Shown one piece after another: positions 38,601 to 47,000 of a stretch of 64,000 nt of DNA. The stretch is from the IMG/VR virus record IMGVR_UViG_3300022921_000002, positions 1 through 64,000 of that record. One strand, 5' to 3'. Each line of letters starts with the position of its first letter. Position 1 is the first letter of the stretch. The translations under genes were made by a program, and so were the position numbers. The notes below the pieces were generated by a model. It was not told the DNA's origin, made no database searches, and saw only the letters and a list, made by a program, of their open reading frames with translations.

Positions 38601-40675
38601 ACATATGTAAACAATGAGTCAGGATCGAGTACACGACGGTCCGCGAGCATACACCCACCACCGCGACCAACAAGTCTGTTCGGGAAGTCATCAATACCAA
38701 CTGATGCAACTTGACCTGTACCACCACTTTCAGAATACAGCATATCACCTGGTTCAACATTACCAACAAGGTTTCTTACATAAATTGCTGAGTCAGACGT
38801 AACACTTGTTGTCCAGGATACGTAACCTGATGCACCTGATGAGAAAGTGATATAATCACCTTCGGCAAATAATGATTCAATTGAGTGACCTGGTTGCATA
38901 AAGAATTCTTGACCAAGGTCGGCAATTGTACCTTTTGAGTTGAATGGGTTAAGAGGTGGTTCGACATCCAAACGGTTAAAGTTTGACAACTGAGAACTAT
39001 CTCGAATATATGGTGAACGTCTTAGCAACGCACCTGGGCGATATGCAACTGCAAATCCTCCTTCAGGATAATCAAAGTTATCAACTTCAAAGTTCATATA
39101 TGCAAAACCTTGAACATAACAACCTGATCCAACAAGAACACCGTTAGTTCTTTCAAATCCTGGTTTCTTTTGAATAACTGTTGCATACTGACCGGCTGTT
39201 GAAGTCATAGAACAATCGTCAGGTAATTCAATTGGGTCATCTACATAATAAGTACCTGGACCTACTGAAATATGAACTGCTTCGTTTAATGCGTTTCTGT
39301 TATAAACACCGCCTGCTTTTTCAACTGCAAGTTCCGCACCGCGTTTTAGTGTTTGAACAGGTCTAAGAATTGTACCTGGGTTGTTGTCATCGCCATCAAC
39401 GGCAACGTGTACTTTAAGAGCTTTTTCTGTTGATTTAGAAATTTCGTCAAAGAATTGGCGATAGCTGATCTGTTGTGTTTCATTTGTTTTAACATTTTTA
39501 ATGGCGAAGTAGTTATCTTCATCCATGTTTGGTTGCCACACTTTGTGTAGTTCCATGTCAAAGTCAACAAGTGTTGAGCTATCAATTGTTGTGTTTGAAA
39601 CTTCTGAGTCCTGAATAGAACCATCAATAAATGATGATTTATCAGAGATTGCCATTCCTTTTGTTTCGGAACTTGTGATGGTCATATTTGACGCTGTCAC
39701 ATTATCCATAACACCTTGGAACGATGAATTAGTAATTACGTTATTATCAAGAGTACCATCTTGAATTGTTGTATCGGTAAATACATTATTGGATCCTGTT
39801 CCGTCACTGAAATCAGAGTCAGTAATATTTACTGAATTAATGAACCCGCCTGTTATGGAGGATGAAGTCATCGTAACATTGTTGGCAGTTGAATCTATAA
39901 TCCGACCTTGTAGAATAGTACTAGTAAATACGTTATTATTACCAGTGCCATCACTGAAATCAGTGTTTAGGATTGTTGAGTTAGCAATTGCTGTATCCCA
40001 AATTTGGCCGTTTGAAAATCTTGAGTTTGTAATATCAACATCATCAAGATCAACATTGAAGATAGAACTGTTAGAGATAGTACCTTCAGAAAAATCAGTT
40101 GTAACGATTGATGAGTTAGAAATCGTAGCATCTTCAAGAATAAGTTCGTCGATACTAATGTTTGTAAGGATCAGGCCATTTGCAGTACCTTGGTCAATAG
40201 TAACATTATTATATTCGGAATTGTCAATACGAGAATTCGTAAAGACCATATTGTTACCTTGGCCGTCATTGAATGTTGAATTGTCAATTGTTGAATAAGT
40301 AAATACATCGTTGTTACCTGTGCCATCACTGAAATCAGAGTTCAGGATAGTTGAGGCATTCATCGAGATATTGTTTGCGGTTGCAGTCAGAATGGTGACA
40401 TTAGATATCACGGTCTGTTGCATTGTTCCGCGGTTTATTGCCGAGTCATTAATTTGTGTAGTATTAATAACTGAGTCGGACATTGTAACACCGGAGATTG
40501 TACCTCCAGTGATTGTAATTCTATCAAAGATTTCATATTGTATAGCTTGAACTAATTCAGCTCTAGTTAGGTTCTTTGTACCGTCATCACCTTGGATAAG
40601 GTTAACTATAACAAAGAGGTCTTCGGTGCGTGTATTTGCACCGGTTATAGGACCTAGTTCTGTAATCTTTGACAT
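29675..40675 (-). CDS. Giant repetitive virion structural protein (3666 aa), cyanophage-type
   Basis: Low-complexity S/T/N/D/I N-terminus; VHVAVDGDDNNPGT..RPVQT beta-helix entry motif; about 12 helical KCxRDxGxIxDA repeats; 9 YTPTxAxYDPxTG...HTFVSA beta modules. Confidence 0.8.
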   Translation of the reverse strand: MSKITELGPITGANTRTEDLFVIVNLIQGDDGTKNLTRAELVQAIQYEIFDRITITGGTISGVTMSDSVINTTQINDSAINRGTMQQTVISNVTILTATANNISMNASTILNSDFSDGTGNNDVFTYSTIDNSTFNDGQGNNMVFTNSRIDNSEYNNVTIDQGTANGLILTNISIDELILEDATISNSSIVTTDFSEGTISNSSIFNVDLDDVDITNSRFSNGQIWDTAIANSTILNTDFSDGTGNNNVFTSTILQGRIIDSTANNVTMTSSSITGGFINSVNITDSDFSDGTGSNNVFTDTTIQDGTLDNNVITNSSFQGVMDNVTASNMTITSSETKGMAISDKSSFIDGSIQDSEVSNTTIDSSTLVDFDMELHKVWQPNMDEDNYFAIKNVKTNETQQISYRQFFDEISKSTEKALKVHVAVDGDDNNPGTILRPVQTLKRGAELAVEKAGGVYNRNALNEAVHISVGPGTYYVDDPIELPDDCSMTSTAGQYATVIQKKPGFERTNGVLVGSGCYVQGFAYMNFEVDNFDYPEGGFAVAYRPGALLRRSPYIRDSSQLSNFNRLDVEPPLNPFNSKGTIADLGQEFFMQPGHSIESLFAEGDYITFSSGASGYVSWTTSVTSDSAIYVRNLVGNVEPGDMLYSESGGTGQVASVGIDDFPNRLVGRGGGCMLADRRVLDPDSLFTYVLCFGFTPRTQNGMGYVARDGAGVNGIGSLSIFVRTAFYALNGGQMTLNNSGTQFGDISMRAKGSTEVFTPSSTDEAILFSNTVFADTLMDNKQDIIEDMVGYLTTPVSQGGLGYQGYDAEKCKRDTGIIIDSVGYDVALNTNYWGRLNGIAYSSPISYVVKNEQLTETLGANEHLKSEINRLFSNSEAAVNTRANVSLDETLNILENGESYASDLFFTDTGNVARTAAREIIQDNRELIIDGMVEWIDNNDEFFSYDSAKCRRDIQEYILPAVKWDSMLDTNYNSVVAGQAYYSKQGQTVVENQREETVGSFERLRKITDDLVEANSAIMAERSYDRMSTIIDILDNTRTQKFNPTKATYEPDTGRMVITIGAHTLQKGQFVTIADEAFTFTCDSDGNKLEISHPRKSDTFNYRRAIPIDEVSAKTITINAGTTGANFAHTFVSAKPSSVSVLGEALTFSDDAGIPADKRNARKQLQANKEFIQDYMEGWAENQWYFYDSKKCERDTKEYIMPAVQRDLLLGTNFNAYQTGIAYRSKSGEVSVTKQLEQTVASINHMKSETANTVTGNTLAVDRVNTSFDQMVALLNNNGKKYTPTDAAYNPVTGVVEITIGAHDFAVGDKIRIEKNSMVFTCALDGNTSQHAYPSTTFETWTPSTATYVPSTGEFTVTISANQLKAGDTVTFKPGAITFTCELDDNVTEHAAPESHHPFFNKPVTIDEVNGFVLKMNVGAVTDGGGVHTFVSALADGLTTERQHPAYENPVEISARTATTITVNVGKSQDTSAHTFVSATTNAIREDGMWTGKYTPQDVTYDPVNGEMVVTIGQHDLPVGQWISIAPESIVFSCDVGGVVGTDPAPLPGHPAYNQPVRITETTSTTFTVNVGNANGHANTHTFVSATKDCIDGHALYFTDPAKFVKAYTPTNATYDPNTGDMVVTIPGHDIEVGDNVQTKPLSFAFSCGFNGGGTDYHPRIGEPMYEHPQEVTAADATTITFNAGSAGGYTGAHTFVSAEEGSIIKVSSSEKGKYAARQLQKNKTFIQEEITAWLNDNYFIYDKEKCMRDTGYILNAVMRDVLTGSNNNAVYTGLGYRIGTVGANNVVNNQLTETVGAITWLKGKINTDVLTDATAIARSDAAFDEIIDIMSNGNAAADAIDFGIQSISEDAFAARHILQLNKSFIQKEAIAWITANHPGFVYDTVACERDLGIFVDTVSWDVQHGSTASTVNNSRLYFENALPVLADDEIVPTSEVYDHIAKIAGQIVRGEEVDNLQSVVTQVKTDEDTYTPTTATYDPVTGIMVATIGTHNFVIGDRITIDPESITFSCGFGGGGTDSHPNAADPNLRKQFIITAADATTITVNAGSANGYTGAHTFVSADADCIRRANVAEAYTATDVAYAHMTGVMEVTLGDRHRFSVGDYVIFDENAITLSCPTSPTDPTPINISHPRPTDPIFNKPVRIDAVTSTTITMQVGDAKVDKVHTFVSATANGIRRSLAPTVSSSVVNLFDGVGQTIRNNDGTVPTVIEPKPTSAYGTTIISEARLIGGSKPKYQTEIIDLIAVTYSGLAYNEAKCYRDIGYIVDAITEDLEYGGDAATVHSANYYFLGAVNTLPPEQRGPTRLAYQHLADVIDEVSRAITVTATTGNVRVQDTTSIPAADVATGSRAHDLVEIIAQTVDDFSPIKIPAVTSKPLMEPSRTYARQSLAMNREFIQNEIVNYIDDEFYTFDENKCARDAGFILDAVRRDVQTGSNYNGKYVGKSYRIGTVGADKVIEDQLAETIEGIQYIQKDIESRLTGVALTRAQNSFSNIITAMVNDYTPDGTNYDYGTGNRGSNNINARQALQLNRAFLQAEATAWVAANYPSLSYDTAKCERDTGIMADAASYDIQHVTNTAMLDVAKLYFENGLSTLSADQRAPTAALYTHLGDVSRDLILKIDVTPSAGNTVIQNKVFGPVAAAIGNDMQDLWEIIATVIAADSLVDMPDDIEVFAGAVGAASYDYETEAALIGSRKDALQSTITDYLKTTFNYLEYDRDRCFRDTGYIIDAICHDIQYGGNSAMVNAAGLYFKNAVNLLPTDQRDATRMAFTRLGEIVEHVTRNELVPVEFGAKYTPTTAVYDNVTGEIVITIGQHELTTNDHVMLTEDGMTFTCDMDGNTTNHAAPQPHHPAYLRAIPVLATSSTTITVNVGPAAGGAHTFVSALPNAVSQVTGNLIKQDTSHLAARRTIATEAKNLAWIVANIADDNDEKGIPLEVPPFTNWIQSDLITAKEAIEDSIPALATSVINYITNNWNGISYPKQKCRRDIGILVDAISHDVNYSTNFASVQSAQFYFRNATSVLPYDQRQQTADLYTVMADVVSAVVQEQTPTNYGYTPTNVVYDPLTGMMTATIGSHNIEAGDFVTFDNLGITFSCPTSDVDPTPIEISHPRVGGDEWADGKPCRVEFVDGTTITMNAGPAGVDKAHTFVSATEGAIRKAIVTRQAQDISGAPATAVEGEYVADMIRIIEDAIRRDSIDGIPEIIEPDTSWIDNSLVWAGKEIDDNLDILADDVTNWINTTYNVLDYNKVKCRRDAGYLVDAFAYDLNYGGTSASKWNAAFYFWNNVYRIPEDQRVPTAKAYRKLGEIARDALLETLPGVSIKGESTTAVEAQHVYDLADIYYRSFLNKDEKDFGPTILPDFDWEDNKVFKFAREILIANRKKLSVETVRFVGQNYKFFDINLTRRDAGNLLQSVANDFKFQNIVTGQDGSQTSTRTYAAAFFDYNGKHVFPVFNPTTPGLSFQGTLNGLGALSNVTGQKPNHAYIVSTDYAGNRYDGTIYYWDGTAWQTDGANNVDLLVSFYQAWTRMKTFIKTNYTPDIDHDAMIDGLFDDVLRASVLRPSVLTFGSLVESIAHQFNGASAGVNRNALPINFRNLGLPISAIASVLSEDGGRVRWSGADELNNQYFARGLRINGRTGRIEGRPFTSSVRKLARRASNSRAVV

Positions 40676-40700
40676 ACGGCTATCCTGCTTCTTTTTATTT

Positions 40701-40708
40701 TATTTATA
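40701..40708 (-). promoter_or_regulatory. T4-type late promoter TATAAATA, with a second AATAAATA box at 40725-40732
   Basis: Exact TATAAATA 26 nt upstream of the 3666-aa start; a tandem variant box lies further upstream in the same gap. Confidence 0.75.
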
Positions 40709-40746
40709 AAGGTATCTTACCGACTATTTATTGTAAAAGGATATTA

Positions 40747-41523
40747 TTATAAATCAGGAAATAAAGATTGGTTTGGCAGTGGTCTGCTAAATAGCAAGAA
40801 ACCTATTCCACCTTGTTCTCTGTTATCACGCTCAGTCAATTTAAAGTTTAGGTAATGTTCTCTTCCGTTTCTAATTTCGTTCAATTCGTGTGCATAATTT
40901 AATTCTGTTGTGAACCTTGAATAAAATTCACTGATGCTATCAAGATCAGTATCCTCATCCACGTTTGTGTGAGTGCAAATTTGTGTATCAACTAATGTAA
41001 GACTTTCATCATCTTCGACATTAAAAGTCTTTCCATTGCTATCTGCTGTTCCTGGCGCTTGAAAATATATTTTAAAGGTTTCAAATTTTTCTGTATTTAG
41101 ATTATATATGAATTTAAAGCCACCGCGAATACAGATATCATTGATATTAGCATATTCAGAGTATGGAAACCTATCTTTAAAAGGTACATCACCGTCTGAT
41201 CTAAATGTAGCACCAAAGTTAATAGTTTGTCTATCAATAAATGATGCTGAACCGATTGCAAGTTTACCACCATGAGCAACACCAAGACTAGTAATAAAGT
41301 TTCTTAATTCGTCATTTACATTTACGTTATTATCTTGAAGATATTGTAACGCTATTTCAGATCTGTTTTCTTCTGTAAAAATAAGTGCAAATTCTTTTGT
41401 TGCGTTATCGTCTTCAGTATTACGTTTACGCATAGTCATAAGATACACGTCTTCTATAATGTTATCACCTACAACGGTTGTAGTGTCCTTGCAGACATCA
41501 GTAATCAATTGTCTTAATATCAT
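40747..41523 (-). CDS. Hypothetical protein
   Basis: 258-aa ORF co-oriented with and abutting the upstream gene; no family recognised. Confidence 0.6.
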   Translation of the reverse strand: MILRQLITDVCKDTTTVVGDNIIEDVYLMTMRKRNTEDDNATKEFALIFTEENRSEIALQYLQDNNVNVNDELRNFITSLGVAHGGKLAIGSASFIDRQTINFGATFRSDGDVPFKDRFPYSEYANINDICIRGGFKFIYNLNTEKFETFKIYFQAPGTADSNGKTFNVEDDESLTLVDTQICTHTNVDEDTDLDSISEFYSRFTTELNYAHELNEIRNGREHYLNFKLTERDNREQGGIGFLLFSRPLPNQSLFPDL

Positions 41524-41524
41524 A

Positions 41525-42955
41525 TTATAATCCCCATCTTCCGCGGATGTTGTTCCACCGCTCGGTAATTTGTGTATCAGTTAATCCTGTATTATGTACT
41601 GCCCAATATCCTAAGCGCGCATACCAAGAACTGTTAACTCCACCATATTCATTACTTGCCCCGCCTACGTTCATTGCAGTTGAGTTCAATGAAATATTTG
41701 CAGCGTTCGTTGTATTTGTTGCGATAATGGTACCGTTTCTAATAATATGTCTACGTGATGGAGTAGAACGCAATACAATATGTTGATATGTGGTTTGGAC
41801 GTTTTGAACACTAAGTCTTTGGCTTGCTGCGCAACAACCACCTTGGTCAAAATACCAATTCCCGTTTGTCCATGTTGGGTGAGAGAATATTCCTCTAGAA
41901 TATCCGACACTACCGTGGAATTTAAACGCGGCATTTTGTGTATAAATCTCAGTTCTACATACCAATTCAATTGTATAACCTGATGTATTGGTGATCGTAA
42001 AGCTATCTGATGCCGGGCCAGTAAATAGGTTTTGATACATAAAGAAGTTCGGAGCAGTGCTACTTGAATCGTGCCAACCTAATCCTGAGAAATTATTATA
42101 AGGACCAGGAAATTCATCCGCCTGTAAGTCTCTGCCTTTACCTGAAATATCCGGCCAAGTACCAGAAGTAGAATTATAGTATTGAGCATCACATTCTTGC
42201 ATCAAGTTAGACGAGGTTGTAACCGAACCAATAACGTGTGTTCCTGTTAATGAATAGATAAGAGTTAAACCATTATATTGAAATTGAATAACACCACTTT
42301 TACCATAACCGCCAAATGTACTTGCTTGCCCTCTTGTGGCTGATGCGGCGCCAAGGGTATATGTTACTGTTTCACCGATGCCGCCTACGGTTGTGACTTC
42401 ATTCACTCCCCCGGCAGATCCGCCATTACCACCTTTACCTTCAGAATCATTTTTACCTGAGTCTGCATCACCGCCACCGCCCCCGCCACCTGCACCAAAC
42501 CCGGTTGCATTCTGACCCTGTTGTTGTTCGTTTGCTGCTGCTCCACCACTACCAAAGTTTGTGGCGCCGCCAGCATTTCCGATATAGTTTGTTGAAGCTG
42601 CACTATTACCGCCAGCGCCGCCGTTTACTGATACATTAGCAATGCCGCGATCACCGCCATAACTTGAACCGCCACCTGCCCCGCCGTTGTTAGTAATTGC
42701 TGGAGTATTTGGCTCATACCGGCCGCCACCACCAGCCCCGCCTGCGCCGGCAATTGTGATTGTAACTTCGATACCGTTAACAGCACCGTAAAAATCGCCT
42801 AAAGAAATTGTTCCATCTGTTGGCACACTATTATTAACAGTGAAATCAGGAACAAGCCCGCCTCCCCTATAATAATCGTTAATTGACCAAGTGGTTCCTT
42901 CAAATTCAACTTTAATATCGTCTAATGATATTGGGCCGCTAGTCTGTAGAGCCAT
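41525..42955 (-). CDS. Glycine-rich fibre/adhesin with a C-terminal LamG/concanavalin-A-like lectin domain
   Basis: MALQTSGPISLDDIKVEF...DYYRGG N-terminus; long Gly-rich loops; YTIELVCR...HIVLR...LGYWAVHNTGLTDTQITERWNNIRGRWGL. Confidence 0.7.
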   Translation of the reverse strand: MALQTSGPISLDDIKVEFEGTTWSINDYYRGGGLVPDFTVNNSVPTDGTISLGDFYGAVNGIEVTITIAGAGGAGGGGRYEPNTPAITNNGGAGGGSSYGGDRGIANVSVNGGAGGNSAASTNYIGNAGGATNFGSGGAAANEQQQGQNATGFGAGGGGGGGDADSGKNDSEGKGGNGGSAGGVNEVTTVGGIGETVTYTLGAASATRGQASTFGGYGKSGVIQFQYNGLTLIYSLTGTHVIGSVTTSSNLMQECDAQYYNSTSGTWPDISGKGRDLQADEFPGPYNNFSGLGWHDSSSTAPNFFMYQNLFTGPASDSFTITNTSGYTIELVCRTEIYTQNAAFKFHGSVGYSRGIFSHPTWTNGNWYFDQGGCCAASQRLSVQNVQTTYQHIVLRSTPSRRHIIRNGTIIATNTTNAANISLNSTAMNVGGASNEYGGVNSSWYARLGYWAVHNTGLTDTQITERWNNIRGRWGL

Positions 42956-43868
42956 TTTTCAAATTATCCACTTCATCTTTGAGCTCTTTAATTGCTTCAA
43001 TAAGAAGGCCAACAATGTTTCCATAACGTACTGCTTTGAAATTTCCATTTTCTTCAGAGTGTGTTTCGTATACTACTCCGGGAAGTACTTTTTCAATTTC
43101 TTGTGCTATAACACCTGTGGCAATTTCTTCTTTGCCAATATAGTTAAACGTATATCCGTTAACTTGTGATACTTTATCGAGAGCGTTATCAATTACGTTT
43201 ATATTTTCTTTTAGTTTCCTATCTGATGCAGCATAAGCTGTTGTAACTTCGCCTGTTGCAAATACATCCTGGGCATATACATCAACACAAGTTAAGTCAC
43301 CCGATAAAGTTAAATCATCCGCTGTCAGTGTTCCACCGAATGACGTATTACCTGTAACCGTGAGGTCACGGCCAACTGAAACATCTTCAGTTGCTACAAT
43401 TGATTCAATTGTTTCAAGGTTTGGAACTTTTAATGTACCTGCTGCTGACAATTCAAAACGAGTTGCGCCAACACCTGTATTAATAATGAAGTTAAGATTT
43501 GTATTATCTTCAATACCAATATCCCATGAGGATGTACCGTTTGTATATCGTGTTAATGCACCACTTGCGCCATATTGAAATGTTGCGGCAATTTCTGACG
43601 CAGAACTTGTAACCTGAAGCGGTGAACCCAACACGACGGTGGCACCACCTGTATAGGAAACAATTGAGTCTGTTTTAATTTGTGTATCAGCAAGAAGATT
43701 TGTAACTGTCAAATCACCGACTAGATTGACATCCCCGGTTGTAATATCCCCGGCAACGGACGCGGTAACCGCTGAAGTTCTAAAAAGATCAACCATTTCA
43801 TTTGTTTTATCAAACCAGTTTTGAAATGATTGTGCAGTTGTAATATTTTGAATATTCGACTTGGCCAT
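42939..43868 (-). CDS. Short tail fibre protein with a C-terminal S74 chaperone
   Basis: TAQSFQNWFDKTNEMV N-terminus; SDRKLKENI...GVIAQEIEKVLP...VRYGNIVGLLIEAIKELK. Confidence 0.82.
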   Translation of the reverse strand: MAKSNIQNITTAQSFQNWFDKTNEMVDLFRTSAVTASVAGDITTGDVNLVGDLTVTNLLADTQIKTDSIVSYTGGATVVLGSPLQVTSSASEIAATFQYGASGALTRYTNGTSSWDIGIEDNTNLNFIINTGVGATRFELSAAGTLKVPNLETIESIVATEDVSVGRDLTVTGNTSFGGTLTADDLTLSGDLTCVDVYAQDVFATGEVTTAYAASDRKLKENINVIDNALDKVSQVNGYTFNYIGKEEIATGVIAQEIEKVLPGVVYETHSEENGNFKAVRYGNIVGLLIEAIKELKDEVDNLKNGSTD

Positions 43869-43869
43869 T

Positions 43870-44049
43870 TTAATTCTTCTCTATTAAATCTAATCGTTCG
43901 CAGATACGTGTGATACAAATTTTTATATCAGAGATCTCTTCAGCTAACGCAGTAACATTGCGGTGTAATGCTCTTTCCTGTTTATATTTATTAAGAGCAG
44001 CGGCGTCATTATTTAGAACGGCATTACTATTTTTATCGCGAGTATACAT
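43870..44049 (-). CDS. Small hypothetical protein (59 aa), translationally coupled to the VrlC-like gene
   Basis: Below the ORF-track cutoff. My translation is MYTRDKNSNAVLNNDAAALNKYKQERALHRNVTALAEEISDIKICITRICERLDLIEKN*. It starts in a TAATG overlap, fills the gap exactly and has a coiled-coil-like C-terminus. Confidence 0.7.
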   Translation of the reverse strand: MYTRDKNSNAVLNNDAAALNKYKQERALHRNVTALAEEISDIKICITRICERLDLIEKN

Positions 44050-47000
44050 TATGTCAAAGCAATCCCTCTATAATCTTTTACGAATGGAACAGAATATTGG
44101 TTTGGTGATCTCAATTCAATTTTGATAGCAAACTTTCTATAACCTGTAAATGTTCCTGCGGTATTTGTATATTCAAGAACACCTGAACCGTTTTTCGCTG
44201 TTGCAGGTACTCGGTATTTAAACTCACGGAAATCATTCAGATTTGCCGATGATGAGAAAGAACCAACACCTTCAAACAATTCCATCTCAATCCAATCAGC
44301 ATTTTCAAATGATGCAGGATCATATTGGTTTTGTGGTTTAATATAAAGTTTAATGTCTGATCCTGCGGGTCGATATCCAGTTACAAACACTTCCATATCT
44401 TCGGCATCAAGATCTTCTTTAAGTTCAATTGTTTTTGATACATATTTAGAAGTATCTTCAGTATTTGTAATCTTATACTGATAAGCAATAACCGATGATC
44501 CATCAAGGTCAATAAACGGTGACGATGTGGTATTGTTGTTATTAGTCATGCTGATAGTCATATCAAACGGACGAGAATTTGCGGTATCATTTGACTTACT
44601 GTAAATGATATTACCTTTATTTGTAAAGTGATTTGATGCACCGAACCGCATTGGCAACGTATAGTTGTTCAAAGTATTTGTTGCATCAACAAAACTTCCT
44701 GAGATTGATGTTGTGGTTTCAGTATCATTACTACGATAAATCATCGGTTGAATATAACTGACAGTCACGTTATCAACAGTTGAAATTGTTGCTTCTGTAC
44801 CTGAGTCCAATCCTAAGATTGTTGAACCTGTTCCGAAGATCCTTACACCTGAAGCATTTGAAGATCTCAAATATAACAAGTTTGGCTCAAATGGGTTATA
44901 GTATGAAACAACACCGGTTACAACTGGTTTATGGAAGTGGTTTGTCCGAATGATTGTTGAAGGTTTATTCAGCGTGATTTGAGTATCAGAATCTACACTT
45001 ACAACTTCAAAAATATCAATGTTGCCTCCACCTGTATCTGTAACAAGTATAAAGTCACCATTATTATAAGTATCAGTTAATGTAGTACCAGTCAAGATAT
45101 TACTTCCAACAGGAATATTAATTTGCGTTCCTGTTGAACCGCTGATAGTCATTTCACGGTAAACTCTTTCACCTTGTTTAAATGTGCCATTCCATGTTGT
45201 TAAGGTAAAGAATTCATTTGCATCTTGTGTTAATGTAATAGAACCTGTTGCCGCACTAAAGTTATGACGATATAGTGTGAATTTTAAATCTTCATCTTGA
45301 TATGATTGCCATGCTTTATTGTTTGTAGAAGTGAATAGAACACCATCACCCCAGTCTTGAACAATTGCTTGGCCGTTTGTGGCACCAGGTGTTAAATCGG
45401 TTCCACCAACTTTTGATGTAAACAACAAGTAGTTTGGATCACAACCGTCAGGCATGATAACAACTGAATATTCTTTTTCAACATCAAGTCTTACAGGTGC
45501 GGTAAAATCAATTGTTGTTGCTACACTTGAGTCGTCGGAAATATTTACATCCTCGGGATTTAGGTGTATTTTTGAGAAAGGAATAATTGATGTAGAAGGA
45601 TAACCGTTTACAACTTCACGAAGCATTACGGTAACACCTTGAGTTGTTGATTTCTTTTTGAAATACAAATCAATTTTAGATGCGAAAATTGTACCAGAAC
45701 CGCGGCCCATACCACCTTTAATAAAGAATGTTTGTGCTAATGGATCCCAATCAACACCACGGATACCTGGAGGTGTTGGTCTTGGATCATCGTCATCGCT
45801 CGGCTCAGGACGTGGTCTTGGGCGTCTTGCCAAGTTACGTTCAGTCATTGAAGCGGTACCAACGGTTGCAGGAACACGAGTTGATTGTGTCAGTGTTGTT
45901 TTCTCGACATTAATATTCCATGCGTGGTACGATAGTGTTCCGATAGATGTTGCACCAGATCCGATTTCCGAATAGGTATCAACGTCAACAACTTCAAGGC
46001 TTCTATCACCGCAATAGAATGTTTCAGAAGGAATACTAAACACCGCTCTGATAACACCATTTGCGTCGGATACAACAGGATCACCTTTTGCACCATAGCG
46101 ATTAACTGCTCTTGCACTATTACTTGATGTACCTGGGAATACGTGAGCGTTTACATCAACGGCATCAAAGAAGAAATAATGACGAGTATTAGGACGAAGA
46201 CCTGCCATATAAACATTGACATCTCTTGACCGCATAAACGGATTGAACTCAACATTTGATGCAAATTCACCAACGTCTGATTGAACAACTGATTCTGTTG
46301 CTGACAATTCCCAAGTACGAACTTCTGCAACTTGTGTTGGGAACCAATTGTTGTCACCGCCAACTTCACGCAAAATTCTACCTGTATCAATTGATCCTGT
46401 TAATGGAATAAATTGCTGTACGTTTTCAAGGAAATCTGCAAACGGACTTACGAGATTAATATCAATTGAAACTGGGTCAGCAACTGTATCTTGTACCGAG
46501 TCAAAGGCAGGGAACAAATCACCTAACCCAACATACTTATAAAAGTTACTTACGGCATTTCTAAATCCTGATGCGTATGGTTGTTTGATAACTGAAATAT
46601 GACTATCACGGCTAAGTGTGGCAGCCTCAGGTTCATCAGTATTTGGGAATACCGATGCACTTGATGTAGATTTTAAACGTAAATCTAATGGGAATGTTCT
46701 TACCGCAGGTTGTAGTTGCTTTTTATCAAAAGGAACAGATGCGTTAAATTCATTGTCTTGTACGTTTGCAAGATCTAGGTTGTTCAATGGATCTACTATA
46801 TAACCATTCTTAAACCTTGTCAATCCATTTTCATCAGTAATTAGCAAGTTTGTTGTTTCGGTTTCCAATTGGTTCAACTGAATATAATATTCCATTGCCT
46901 CCAATCTTTTCTCGATTGACTTAATATCTCGCATAGTATAATTTTCAACTGTCTTTGAAGACATCTTGATTGCATATTGTTTTTTACCTTCACGAGCAGC

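Noticed and set aside
40669-40700. TTGACA on the plus strand at the start of the 3666-aa gene
   Set aside because: It arises from ATG-TCA-A codons and has no TATAAT at 16-18 bp. It serves as a negative control showing that the -35 alone is not enough.
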